64,000 nucleotides of DNA from Candidatus Poribacteria bacterium (lineage in GTDB: Bacteria > Poribacteria > WGA-4E > WGA-3G): positions 96,001 through 160,000 of the forward strand of contig CBDBFU010000014.1 of assembly GCA_965205025.1 (NCBI GenBank), read 5' to 3'. Below the pieces are notes generated by a model that made no database searches, was not told where the DNA came from, and saw only the letters and a list, made by a program, of their open reading frames with translations. The position numbers and the translations under genes are program-made. This document shows, piece by piece, positions 21,443-31,163 of this stretch (positions are counted from its first letter, which is position 1; the number at the start of each line of letters is the position of its first letter).

Positions 21443-22534
21443 TTACTGCTTTAGTGCTCCCCATATTGCTTCTTTTTTCTCTACTGCGGACACTGACAGT
21501 ACATCATCACTTATCCAATCTAATGTTCCATCCGTACCCGGATGGTTAGTTAGCCGCGTAATCTCACCTGTATGGATATGATACTTGTAGATATTGCTCG
21601 TTGGATACACAAAATCGCGTGGTAATGGTTTGTTCAAAGGTATGCCGACACGTGCACCGAAAACGATTGATTTACCGTCATCCATCCAGTCATTGCCATA
21701 CCCTTCCCAGTCCTTCGGTATTCTGAGTTGTTTGATATTCTCTCCTTTCCGATCACATATTATATACCGAAACGCCCTGTAGGTAATCACGTTTCCGCGA
21801 TTCGGTACAAACACAAACTTATACTCTCTTTGTTGAAACAACACCTGTTTACCATCGGGTGACCATCGCGGTCTGGAGCGGTAAATGGCGAATTCACCTA
21901 CACCCGGATCTGGAACAAGTGGACGAGGATTATGACCATCGGCACCCATAATCCAAATCGTGCTATTGGAACCACCACCGATCCCCCAGGGCATGGCATA
22001 CACATATTGCTTGCCATCAGAGGACCAATCGCCATTGATACCATCAATATCTGCTATTTCTTTGAGTTTCCCTGTTTCAATATTCAACTCGTAGATGCCA
22101 GTTTGCCGCTTTTCGTCTATCCGAATGCTCTTATTAAAAATAATAGAAGTGCCGTCAGGTGAAAATGAACCACGATTGAGAAGACTCCCATCGTTTTCGG
22201 TGAGTTGCCGCCTGTTTGTGCCGTCCGCATCCATTAAGAAAAATACATAACCGTGAACCTTGTCAATGCCTCCGTCCCTATCCACAAGCTTGCTTTGATA
22301 TTGCTTAATCAAAATCTGTTTACCGTCAGGTGACCAACTATCGGGGTATGGTTTTCTGAAATCGTCTTCTATGAGAAGTGTCAAGTTGCTGCCATCATCG
22401 TCCATTAAGTAGACACCCTTCGTTCCCAAGCGAGTTGAACTAAATACGATTTTAGCATTAACTGCTGTTGCTAAAAATAGAAGAAGCAGACAGAGCAAAA
22501 CAACTTTCTGACACCGCTTTTCTTGTAAACGCAT
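21443..22534 (-). CDS. Secreted TolB-like (PD40) beta-propeller, family Z
   Basis: Signal peptide, WSPDG repeats, C-terminal KKEAIWGALKQ. Confidence 0.85.
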   Translation of the reverse strand: MRLQEKRCQKVVLLCLLLLFLATAVNAKIVFSSTRLGTKGVYLMDDDGSNLTLLIEDDFRKPYPDSWSPDGKQILIKQYQSKLVDRDGGIDKVHGYVFFLMDADGTNRRQLTENDGSLLNRGSFSPDGTSIIFNKSIRIDEKRQTGIYELNIETGKLKEIADIDGINGDWSSDGKQYVYAMPWGIGGGSNSTIWIMGADGHNPRPLVPDPGVGEFAIYRSRPRWSPDGKQVLFQQREYKFVFVPNRGNVITYRAFRYIICDRKGENIKQLRIPKDWEGYGNDWMDDGKSIVFGARVGIPLNKPLPRDFVYPTSNIYKYHIHTGEITRLTNHPGTDGTLDWISDDVLSVSAVEKKEAIWGALKQ

Positions 22535-22552
22535 GATGATACTCCTTTCATG

Positions 22553-22579
22553 AACGGCAGGGATACAATCCCTGCCGTT
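22553..22579 (-). terminator. 12-bp stem hairpin between Y and Z
   Basis: AACGGCAGGGAT-ACA-ATCCCTGCCGTT. Confidence 0.6.
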
Positions 22580-22606
22580 ACATTCGAATTATAGATTGTT
22601 GTTATA

Positions 22607-23428
22607 TCAATCTGGATTATCTTTATCAGTAAACTCCTGAACTTCAGAATCCGTCTCCCAGTCGTCTTCTTCATGCTGTCCCCTAATTTGTCCCCTTACT
22701 TGCAGATGGGTATGTGCATCATAAAATAACTTCTCGCCATCGCCAATCAGTCTGCCAACCCAAAATTCGGTCAATATAGATTCGACAGAATCAGAAAACG
22801 TTGTGCCGGATAGTAAATCTACGAAAACAAGTGGTTGGTTTAAAGGGGGATCTCGTTTAGTATCATCCACCGCTCCAGCCTCGTTCCCGACTGTTTCAAA
22901 CTTCTGCTGTCGGAACCAGGCTGTGACCTCCAAATCTTCATCCGTGCCGTTATTAGCATTGGCATATCCAGACATTGTGACAGTGATACCGTTGAAGGAG
23001 AGGGATGAGACTTCTGCGTATCCGTAGACACCAGTATCAGGACCGGTTTCACCTTTAAATGCCGGTTTATAGACCCTAACCGTGTCGGATGCATCTTCAT
23101 CAGAGGAGTCCACAAATGAGACGACTGCCCTGATACGATACTTCATACCTTTTATGTTCCCATATAACGTTCCAAGGTAAATATTGACAGATCTGATATC
23201 GTCACCGTGTATACTCGTGAATTTATAAACATCGTCTACATGCCAGTCTATAAAGGCAATGTCTTCATCCGCTGTCAGAGAAGCAGAGGGAATTGTACCT
23301 GATCCCCAATCATCACTTACATAGACTGAAAATGACGTTATTGAACCTGCGTCACTATTATTGATAAAGCCTAAGAGGAATAGGGAACAGATGATCGTTA
23401 TTGCGAGGATCACTTTGTGTTTCAACAT
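22607..23428 (-). CDS. Secreted acidic unknown protein, family Y
   Basis: Signal peptide (SDA cleavage), beta-rich composition, AGGAG RBS. Confidence 0.8.
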   Translation of the reverse strand: MLKHKVILAITIICSLFLLGFINNSDAGSITSFSVYVSDDWGSGTIPSASLTADEDIAFIDWHVDDVYKFTSIHGDDIRSVNIYLGTLYGNIKGMKYRIRAVVSFVDSSDEDASDTVRVYKPAFKGETGPDTGVYGYAEVSSLSFNGITVTMSGYANANNGTDEDLEVTAWFRQQKFETVGNEAGAVDDTKRDPPLNQPLVFVDLLSGTTFSDSVESILTEFWVGRLIGDGEKLFYDAHTHLQVRGQIRGQHEEDDWETDSEVQEFTDKDNPD

Positions 23429-23533
23429 CTTTTCATCTCCTATGAGAATTTGACATGCTTTGTAGCATATCGTTGTGATTATCGGATAACCTATATTTAT
23501 GACATAGGTTGTGAAAGTGTCTTTGTTAATATA

Positions 23534-23636
23534 TATATACAGTTAGGTTGAAATTGTTTAGGTATTTTTTTTCAATAGCCGTTTAGTAATGACTTTTTCA
23601 AAATAATCCTAAACTTTTTCCATTTAAACGTATATA
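23534..23636. promoter_or_regulatory. Divergent twin promoters CCTAAAC-N14-YGTATATA
   Basis: Minus strand 23562-23534 and plus strand 23608-23636 have the same boxes and spacing. Confidence 0.6.
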
Positions 23637-23656
23637 ATTAATTAGGAGGTGTTTTT

Positions 23657-24031
23657 ATGACACACCAAAAGGGACCACATAATAGAGGTAATTGTCCTTT
23701 CCATGTTGATCAGGATGATCCGATCTCTGCTGAAAAGTCCATCGATAAGTGCATTTCTTGTGTGATAGCACATAACGCACAGATGGAACGTTATACTGAT
23801 GATCTACGCCAAATTGCGTTTTTAACGATCATTGAAGAGACACCGAAATATGACACTAATCACCCAAGCAATGCCAGTTATACCACGTTTATTAAAGCAC
23901 GCGTATGCACACGGCTTTGGACAGAAAGAAGAAATGTACTAAAGTATGTGTCTTTTCCTATTGCGGAAACTTCTGGGGAGATGGATATTTTCGAACATAA
24001 CCCAACTCACGTTAATTGGATATTCTATTAA
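23657..24031 (+). pseudogene. Sigma-70 family factor, region 2 only, truncated by an IS982-type end
   Basis: AGGAGG RBS; DDLRQIAFLTIIEETPKYD...ASYTTFIKARV; AACTCACGTTA at 24004-24014. Confidence 0.65.
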
Positions 24032-24097
24032 GATAATCTTGAATATAATTTTCTATGGCAAAAGGTATTACCATTAGGTAGGAATCTGTTGTTATGT

Positions 24098-24442
24098 TTA
24101 AATTGTTTCAGATGTTTTAAGATTAGTTCTGATATCCGTAATAGGGCTAACCGATAACTGACACTCAAGAGCATTCAATATGGTTCGGAATAAATCTAAA
24201 CGTGGTGCTTCCTCCCCACATAAAGCATCCAAAAGTTCCTGTGATTCAATTCCAGTTCGTTTAGCAAGAATAGAAATACCCCCCTGCGATTCTACAAATG
24301 TACGTAGACCCTTTAAAAAGAAAGGAAGATCACCATCAGTCTGGTATTCCGTCAATGTCAATTGTAGATAATCAATCGCTGCTTCACGATCATTTGTAAG
24401 GCTTTCAATAAAATATTCACGCCAATTTCCCATTTCGCGCAT
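24098..24442 (-). CDS. Addiction module antidote protein (HTH antitoxin, HI1420-like)
   Basis: GGISILAKRTGI...PRLDLFRTILNAL; start overlaps the toxin stop (TGATG). Confidence 0.85.
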   Translation of the reverse strand: MREMGNWREYFIESLTNDREAAIDYLQLTLTEYQTDGDLPFFLKGLRTFVESQGGISILAKRTGIESQELLDALCGEEAPRLDLFRTILNALECQLSVSPITDIRTNLKTSETI

Positions 24443-24822
24443 CAGTGGGTCTCCTTATATTCTACCCAATATGTCTTGGCAAGTTCGATGTCCCGTATTT
24501 GTGATGTTTTGTCTCCACCCCATAATAGAAGAATTACTGTGTTATCAATCCTTCCAAAATAGATACGATATCCTGGACCGAAGTGGAAACGCAATTCAAA
24601 AACACCTCCACCAACTGGTTGGCAATCACCAAAATTACCACTTTCAATCCGCTCAAGACGTTTGGCAATTCTGTTTTTTGTCTTTTTATCTCGTAAAGAT
24701 TCAAACCATTCAATAAAAGGTTGTTTATATTTGGGAGATCGGTAGTATTGAATTTCTATCAGTTGCTTGTTTTCCAATGATATATTCTTAAATCTGATAT
24801 GAAGATAACTAACCCATTTCAA
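24442..24822 (-). CDS. RelE/HigB-like addiction module toxin (true start probably near 24777)
   Basis: GNFGDCQPVGGGVFELRFHFGPGYRIYF...GGDKTSQ. Confidence 0.9.
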   Translation of the reverse strand: MKWVSYLHIRFKNISLENKQLIEIQYYRSPKYKQPFIEWFESLRDKKTKNRIAKRLERIESGNFGDCQPVGGGVFELRFHFGPGYRIYFGRIDNTVILLLWGGDKTSQIRDIELAKTYWVEYKETH

Positions 24823-25146
24823 TTATACTTTGATTCTTAATTAATATGCAACGAATTTTAATGTGATTAAAATATTTCCAATTTACAACAAAATAAGAGA
24901 ACAATACTTTCCTTTTGACATCACAAATTTTCAAAAAATATAAGTAATGAAAGAAAATTCACAAATTTAACTGAAGAAAATACCAACATATTACAACTAT
25001 GTTACAAATAAAATCACATTTTTCTTGAATTTAAATAAAAACAATGTTATACTTACAATTACATGTAGTAATTGGCTGGCTGGTTGCCGTTATCTTGCTG
25101 AAGAATTATTGAGAATTATTACATTAAACTAACAACTATAATCTAA

Positions 25147-25259
25147 TACCATTTCTAATTGAAAATGTCTCTTTTTTGTACCACAAACTTTCAGTTTGTG
25201 ACCTGAAAAATGACTAACATAATAACCGCCTAATGAGACAATAATTTATAGAAATGGTA
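25147..25259 (+). mobile_element. MITE family A
   Basis: Inverted copy of 303-414. Confidence 0.8.
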
Positions 25260-25280
25260 TAACAACTATAAACGAGGTAT

Positions 25281-25940
25281 ATGATGCAACTTAAAGCACA
25301 CCACAAAGAATTCATAGTCGAGTGTTACGCAAAATTTATGAAACGCGCTGACATAGTTGAGACTTTCGTTGAGATGTTCCCTGATTATATTGAGGAACTA
25401 TGTGTCGAACGTTATAAAACAAGGGATGACTATATACAGAGTACGTTAGAAACCAATCATGAAATAAGATATTCAAAGGAGAAACGAATCGAACTCTTTC
25501 ATGATGAATATGATAGCAATATAGAACATATCATAGTACACCTCAAACGGAAACTCTCAACTCAGATACGCAGGTTTCATATTGACCACCCACAATTCCC
25601 AAAGCAATATATAGATCTGTTTCACAATGCACGCCAGGAACATCTAAATAAGAATACTGAAATTAGTTTACACGATATGCAATCCTCACTTTCAGAATTA
25701 GAAGATCTATACAACAACGTCAAAAGAATGATATATATTGAAAATCAAATCTCTCTATTACCATTAGCACATAATATCCTTAGGACAATCATCGCATGCC
25801 AACTTACAGATGAAACACAGAATATTCTTGATATTACACCGAAACAATCTAAAAAGATTGAAAATAATTCGGTTAATGCCAATGAATTTCCTGAGCAAGA
25901 TATGGAAAAACACCATCAGAACCAAAATACTCAGAATTGA
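25281..25940 (+). CDS. Unknown helical protein, DUF2280-like, paralog 1
   Basis: LKAHHKEFIVECYAKF...FPKQYIDLFHNARQEHL; paralog of 26088. Confidence 0.6.
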   Translation: MMQLKAHHKEFIVECYAKFMKRADIVETFVEMFPDYIEELCVERYKTRDDYIQSTLETNHEIRYSKEKRIELFHDEYDSNIEHIIVHLKRKLSTQIRRFHIDHPQFPKQYIDLFHNARQEHLNKNTEISLHDMQSSLSELEDLYNNVKRMIYIENQISLLPLAHNILRTIIACQLTDETQNILDITPKQSKKIENNSVNANEFPEQDMEKHHQNQNTQN

Positions 25941-26087
25941 GAAGAATTAAGCAAATTTTGAATTTTTTGTTTTTAAGTTTTAAATCACTATAAACCCAGT
26001 ATACATAAGGGTTTAAAGCTATAATTTACACAGATTTCAAAGTTACACCATGTAACGAAAAGTGTAACTTTTTAAGGAGAATTACAA

Positions 26088-26717
26088 ATGCAATTACAGG
26101 ACCATCATATCAAATTTGTTATCAAGAGATACGCACAATTCATGAATCGTTCAGAGATAATAGAAGAATTCATTCATACATTTTCAGATGATATCGAAGA
26201 TCTCTGTGGTATACCATATACGGATGAAGCGAAATACCTTGATGGATATGTTAAACGACTTCGGAAAAAGGAAGCGAACGGTGAACATGAATGGATCCTC
26301 GACTATGATGAACACCTTACCAATGGAGAAGAACTTTTTTCCAAGAAAAAAGAACCAAAAAACGAAAAAATACATGACATACTTTCAGCTCGGTTCCGTA
26401 GGTTAAATATCAATCATATACAGTTTCCGAAGAAATATCGTAAACTATTTCAAGATGAACGGAAGGCATACTTACAGGATTTACAAACAAACTGTCTGGA
26501 TAACCCTTATGAAACTATTGAAGAATTAGAATCACTATACCAAATGGCAAAAAAGCAGATAGTTGAAGAAAACGACATAAAGCAAATACCACTTGCACAT
26601 CAGATCCTAAAATCAATTATCACTACGAAGAGATTGCTTAAAGAAAAAGAGGCTATTGAAGCAAGAGAAGCGGAGCAAAAAGCACTGCCAGATTCTGAGG
26701 AAGAAATTCCAGGATAA
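26088..26717 (+). CDS. Unknown helical protein, DUF2280-like, paralog 2
   Basis: AAGGAG RBS; LQDHHIKFVIKRYAQF...FPKKYRKLFQDERKAYL. Confidence 0.6.
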   Translation: MQLQDHHIKFVIKRYAQFMNRSEIIEEFIHTFSDDIEDLCGIPYTDEAKYLDGYVKRLRKKEANGEHEWILDYDEHLTNGEELFSKKKEPKNEKIHDILSARFRRLNINHIQFPKKYRKLFQDERKAYLQDLQTNCLDNPYETIEELESLYQMAKKQIVEENDIKQIPLAHQILKSIITTKRLLKEKEAIEAREAEQKALPDSEEEIPG

Positions 26718-26788
26718 TTCGAAAGAATTTCAATGATCCATAGGTGTCAATTTAAGCAATAGACTCTTCTGTAGGCGGGGAATGCCTA

Positions 26789-26902
26789 ATGAAGATTAAT
26801 TTTTTAAATCGGTAATTCTAATTCCCTCAAACCCGGTAGGTGCGGTTTCTAACCGCACTGGACTACGTCAATAAATTTCCTAATTAATATTTTAACCTTC
26901 AT
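26789..26902 (+). mobile_element. MITE family B (ATGAAGATTAA...TTAAYCTTCAT) wrapping a GTAG-REP hairpin
   Basis: TIRs flanked by TA; relatives at 29585-29966 and 46493-46639. Confidence 0.75.
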
Positions 26903-26904
26903 TA

Positions 26905-28363
26905 CAATACCTTCGCCAATTATCCTGTGCTTAGTTCTAACTGTGTGTGATGAATAGCACCGATAGAACTAAGGTGCTGTGTGATTTGCTCAATAACAAT
27001 AGGTTCAGGTTTTTGCGGAAGTATTTTTAATGTTTCCTCTAAATACTTCATAGCTCGGTATTTTGCTTTCAAATCTAATACGCTACACGCCGTGTTATTA
27101 GACCGAAATGTGTTTGCCATTTTCGCACTCACATTTACCATAAACAAGGATAAGTTTGCTGCATTGTTCACAGGTGTTTTTTTGACATTCATAAAATCTT
27201 CCAACCCCCAATACTGTTTTGCGTCTCTGAAGTTAAACTCTATTTGAAAACGAAGGGAGTAATAATCAATCATCTTTAGAGCACTCAGTTTTAGGTCAGA
27301 ACTAAACAATAACACGTGTGATTTTTGTCCTGTCAGCAGATGCGTCTTGAGAAGACAAACAATATTGAGAGGATCCGCAAACTGCTTATGACGCAAGTGT
27401 ACTTGATACACTTCGGTTCTGATGTTATCGGTTGTTTCAACAGAGACACGCCATTTGTTATCCATTTGTTGTGGATTGAAACGATCCCCATAGAGGGCGC
27501 GGCGTCCACGACCTTTATACGGTGTCGTTGGTGGATAATAGAGCGCAGCATCTGTGCGAAGTTTTGAAATGAGATGGAGACCACATTGTGATACCATTTG
27601 TAGCGCATTATTGTGTCCGAAATATCCATCAAGCACAAAATAACGGAGTTTGATACAATCTCCCATCTGTTTGAGAAATGATTTCACCATAGTTTGAAGT
27701 TGTTTCAAAGTATTGCTGAACACAACATCCTTTTTGTTTCGATTCAGGCTCCCTTTGGGGCGACCACGCCCTCGTTTTGTTATGGCTTTCTGTGTATTCT
27801 CCTGATCTTCGATTGCAGACACATCCATATTGGCTGATGCGTTGCTACGCACGATTTGTTCCATCATCATTGGGTAAGAACACCTGTCTTTGACGCTTAC
27901 TAAGGACACCGCTAAAAATGACAAACCGGAAATCGGTTTTCCATGTAATGAGGAGAAGAAGCGATCTATACCATAAGTTTTTTTCCCAGTTTTTGACACC
28001 GTGACTTCATCTGCTACAAGGATATACAAACTTTTAGGATCAAACAGATATTTTTTGAAAAAGAGCCAACACATCTTTGGCCAAGGGAGATCTGTGCTAA
28101 AGAAGCGTTGTATCGTACGATAACTCCCTCCTTTTGATGTCCAACGGGAGATATTTAACATTGTGACCTGACCTGTCATCGCAAGCAGGGCAAATACAAC
28201 TTGACATAACTGGCGGATCATAGTAGTGGATAAACATAGATTAAATACAGTAAATAATGCTATAATTTCTGGCATGGGTGTGTGTCCTTTCTAAGTTAAA
28301 ATGATATTTTAAAACTTTAGGACAAACACCCTTTTTATTCAAGTGTTTTTGGCGAAGGTATTG
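26905..28363 (-). mobile_element. Intact insertion sequence (IS701-like DDE), 15-bp TIR, 6-bp TSD TCATTA
   Basis: CAATACCTTCGCCAA / TTGGCGAAGGTATTG; TCATTA at 26899-26904 and 28364-28369. Confidence 0.9.
26920..28275 (-). CDS. DDE transposase (IS701-like / IS4 superfamily)
   Basis: VADEVTVSK, VLDGYFG, YSLRFQIEFNFRDAKQYWGL (YREK-like). Confidence 0.9.
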   Translation of the reverse strand: MPEIIALFTVFNLCLSTTMIRQLCQVVFALLAMTGQVTMLNISRWTSKGGSYRTIQRFFSTDLPWPKMCWLFFKKYLFDPKSLYILVADEVTVSKTGKKTYGIDRFFSSLHGKPISGLSFLAVSLVSVKDRCSYPMMMEQIVRSNASANMDVSAIEDQENTQKAITKRGRGRPKGSLNRNKKDVVFSNTLKQLQTMVKSFLKQMGDCIKLRYFVLDGYFGHNNALQMVSQCGLHLISKLRTDAALYYPPTTPYKGRGRRALYGDRFNPQQMDNKWRVSVETTDNIRTEVYQVHLRHKQFADPLNIVCLLKTHLLTGQKSHVLLFSSDLKLSALKMIDYYSLRFQIEFNFRDAKQYWGLEDFMNVKKTPVNNAANLSLFMVNVSAKMANTFRSNNTACSVLDLKAKYRAMKYLEETLKILPQKPEPIVIEQITQHLSSIGAIHHTQLELSTG

Positions 28364-28676
28364 TCATTAGGGACGATATGTTTATAGTAGCCCGTGCTAT
28401 CCCTACACTCTTAGTCCCGTAGGGACGATATGTTTTCGCAGCACATTGGTGGTTGATATGTCGTTCCTACGGAACTCAAGAGGTTGAGACACTCGGTAAA
28501 CCTTAATTCAAATTAAATCATTATAATGTCTATTGTTAATTACAGAAAACAACTACATTAAAAAAGACGCGCATGGTGCGCGTCCTCCATTGACGAGTGG
28601 AAACCCAAGGTGCAACAAAAACTCTCATAACAGAACATGCCGTTGTGGCGTGTCACACAACAAACGGAGGTTATAG

Positions 28677-29405
28677 ATGACTCGAGACATCACCCCAATA
28701 AAATGGATTATTGGTGCAATAGCCTTCCTTATAATCATTGCCGGTGCGTGTTATTTATGGTACCAACACGACACGGCACCATACAGGCAAGAGGCAGCCG
28801 AAGTCGATAAGTTACTCCGCCAATGGGAAGCAACCCAAAAAGCAGGGACCGAAGATAAGCAAACGGCAGCCGATGTTTCTGTGGAAGGCAGTATGCCAAC
28901 CACAGAGAAAACCAGAACTGAAGTGACCAACGCAGTGTTGAGGACAGATATCAACACTGACGTTGTACCTGAAGACGCTTCTGCACCCACGCAGGAAATG
29001 GATAACACTGAAACTGTCCGTGTTTCGCCCCACGGTTTTGGACCATATCCTGAAATTCCAGAAGGTGCACCGATTGGCGAATTTCATGAATCGTACGACG
29101 TAGAGATGGAGCTTCTCCTTCGCGTCGCTGTCAAAGCCTGGAATGAAGGTGAGCGTTTCTTAGGTGCAAGCATCGATATGGATAACGAAAAAGTGTATCT
29201 CCATTATCCAAATACCGTATATGTTCGATACAGAACCGTAATAAACTGGGATGGAACCTTCAGAAAACGGATTACTCAAGCGAAAAGCGGAAATGTTTCC
29301 CTTTCTCAACAGCAGATGAGAGATGGACAAGTCCCACCTGGAATTCGTGTATTAGAACTTGATAAGGAAGGTATAAATCCTTATGAATATTTAGACTTAC
29401 CTTAA
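28677..29405 (+). CDS. Family X membrane-anchored unknown protein
   Basis: GGAGG RBS; VSPHGFGPYPEIP, YPNTVYVRY, GINPYEYL. Confidence 0.8.
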   Translation: MTRDITPIKWIIGAIAFLIIIAGACYLWYQHDTAPYRQEAAEVDKLLRQWEATQKAGTEDKQTAADVSVEGSMPTTEKTRTEVTNAVLRTDINTDVVPEDASAPTQEMDNTETVRVSPHGFGPYPEIPEGAPIGEFHESYDVEMELLLRVAVKAWNEGERFLGASIDMDNEKVYLHYPNTVYVRYRTVINWDGTFRKRITQAKSGNVSLSQQQMRDGQVPPGIRVLELDKEGINPYEYLDLP

Positions 29406-29584
29406 ATCCTCAACACAACTTTGCACGCAGCATCAATGACCAAGTTATTCTTGATAGTGTGTTGTTTCTTTTTACCACTATAATAAGCCTTTTGAACTTG
29501 TGGATCTGTTGGACGCTGTATCGGGAGTTCTGTGCTATCATGAAAAAAATATGTTTGAAACTTCATTGTCAGACGAGGTATCTG

Positions 29585-29966
29585 ATGATGATTAAGTTTT
29601 AAATTCGGTAATCCCCATTTTCATAAACCCGGTAGGTTCGGTTTCCTAACCGAACCGTTTTTCTCTACCACGATTGGCACAAATCTGGTGGGGTTGGGAA
29701 ATCTGCCACGATTGGTACAAATTCGGTGCGGTTGGGAAACCGCACCTACCAGGGGTTGGGAAATCTGCCACCATTGGTAGGTTTGGTGCGGTGAATCAAG
29801 GAATCAACGGTATGAATGACATATGATAATTAAGTTTTAAATTCGGCAATTCCCATTTTCCCAAACTTGGTAGGTTCGGTTTCCTAACCACGGGGAATGC
29901 TAAATAGCATTCATACCGTTGAACCGTATTTCTATCACATTACCGAATTATTATTTTAATCTTCAT
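29585..29966. repeat. Compound array of family B MITEs, REP hairpins and degenerate tandem units of about 38 bp
   Basis: Several GTAGGTKCGGTTTCCYAACC hairpins and two family B left ends. Confidence 0.7.
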
Positions 29967-30087
29967 TTAAGATATTAACATAGACCAATGACAAATTACA
30001 ATTAAATCGCTATAATGTCTAATGTACCCAATGGTGTCAATGAAGTCTCCAATCAGATAGATATAGTAAAATCATGTCTATCAGGAA

Positions 30088-30372
30088 CAATACCTTCGTG
30101 AATTATCTGAGTTTTAGTTGAATGGTGCCGTGGTGAGTAAGACCGATTGCTCAGAGAAACTTCGAAATTTCAGGATTAAAATAACTTCAGGTTTGTAGAA
30201 GTCATTCTTATTCCTGTATAGACCAAATTCCACACCAGTTGATTTTATGTATGGGTGGACATAGACTAACAGTCTATGGGACAACATTGATCATAATCGA
30301 AGGACCCCTATTGGACAAGTAGCAACATAGGTTGGCTTTATGGAACATCAGCCATTTTTGGCGAAGGTATTG
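30088..30372. mobile_element. Non-autonomous element with the ends of IS 26905-28363 (copy of 2528-2809)
   Basis: Same ends; internally similar to the 2528 copy. Confidence 0.75.
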
Positions 30373-30413
30373 AACAACGTCTATTAGTTTTTATTATTGG
30401 CGAAGGTATTGAT

Positions 30414-31163
30414 ATGTATCGCAACCTTTTTAACAAATGGATACTCGGCGGTATCGTCTTTCTCGTTATCTTTGCGGGATTGTGTTATCTCTATTACCAC
30501 CACACGACAGCTCCATATAGAGAAAACACAGCCGAACTTGATCGGATTAGACGTCAATCTGAAAAGCAACGCATTGCACCGACTGCCAAATCGACAGAAC
30601 AGGCAGCTGATGTCCCTGCGGATAGCACAACGCCAACCGCAGAGAAACCCCTAACAGAAACACACGTGACCGAAGACACAGAAATGGAAGCCCCCGCACA
30701 TACTGTGAAAGCAGAAAAAGGTATAAAAACGCCACAAGAGGAATCGCAAGACATCCCTGTTTCACCGCACGGGTTTGGCGCGTTCCCCGATGTTCCGCAA
30801 GGATTCCCCGCAAATATCAGGATACCCTGGCAATGGCAAGAGATTCCTTATGATGCTCCAAAAGAACTCGCAGTCCGTGTACTCATAAAATTGTGGGAAC
30901 AAGGGGATACACGTTTTACCGGCGCACAGTATACAGATGATTATAAAATATATCCGTATTATCCGAATACGGCTTATGTGAGATATAGGAACACAATAGA
31001 TGAAGATGGAACACCTGTCAGATATATCAGCGGTATTAGAGGCGGACCTGATCTTCCTGAGATTACTTCTGAGATGTTGGATTCAGGGGTCATTCCTGGT
31101 GTTCAGTTGATTAGTGAAGAACAGGGCGGAATTGATGCTCTGCAATTTCTAAATTTAGAATAG
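30414..31163 (+). CDS. Family X membrane-anchored unknown protein
   Basis: NKWILGGI TM segment; VSPHGFGAFPDVP, YPNTAYVRY, GIDALQFL. Confidence 0.8.
   Translation: MYRNLFNKWILGGIVFLVIFAGLCYLYYHHTTAPYRENTAELDRIRRQSEKQRIAPTAKSTEQAADVPADSTTPTAEKPLTETHVTEDTEMEAPAHTVKAEKGIKTPQEESQDIPVSPHGFGAFPDVPQGFPANIRIPWQWQEIPYDAPKELAVRVLIKLWEQGDTRFTGAQYTDDYKIYPYYPNTAYVRYRNTIDEDGTPVRYISGIRGGPDLPEITSEMLDSGVIPGVQLISEEQGGIDALQFLNLE

Noticed and set aside
19250-22730. DGR template/variable repeat pair (orphan Y fragment versus Y1 C-terminus)
   Set aside because: Mismatches include T/C and G/T and run in both directions, so they are not adenine-specific; no reverse transcriptase in the window
28513-28545. dif/XerCD-like site (also ATCTAACATAA at 40397)
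   Set aside because: Only one arm resembles the consensus; spacing or second arm does not fit
29660-29790. CRISPR-like tandem units
   Set aside because: Degenerate tandem duplications of REP flanks without unique spacers
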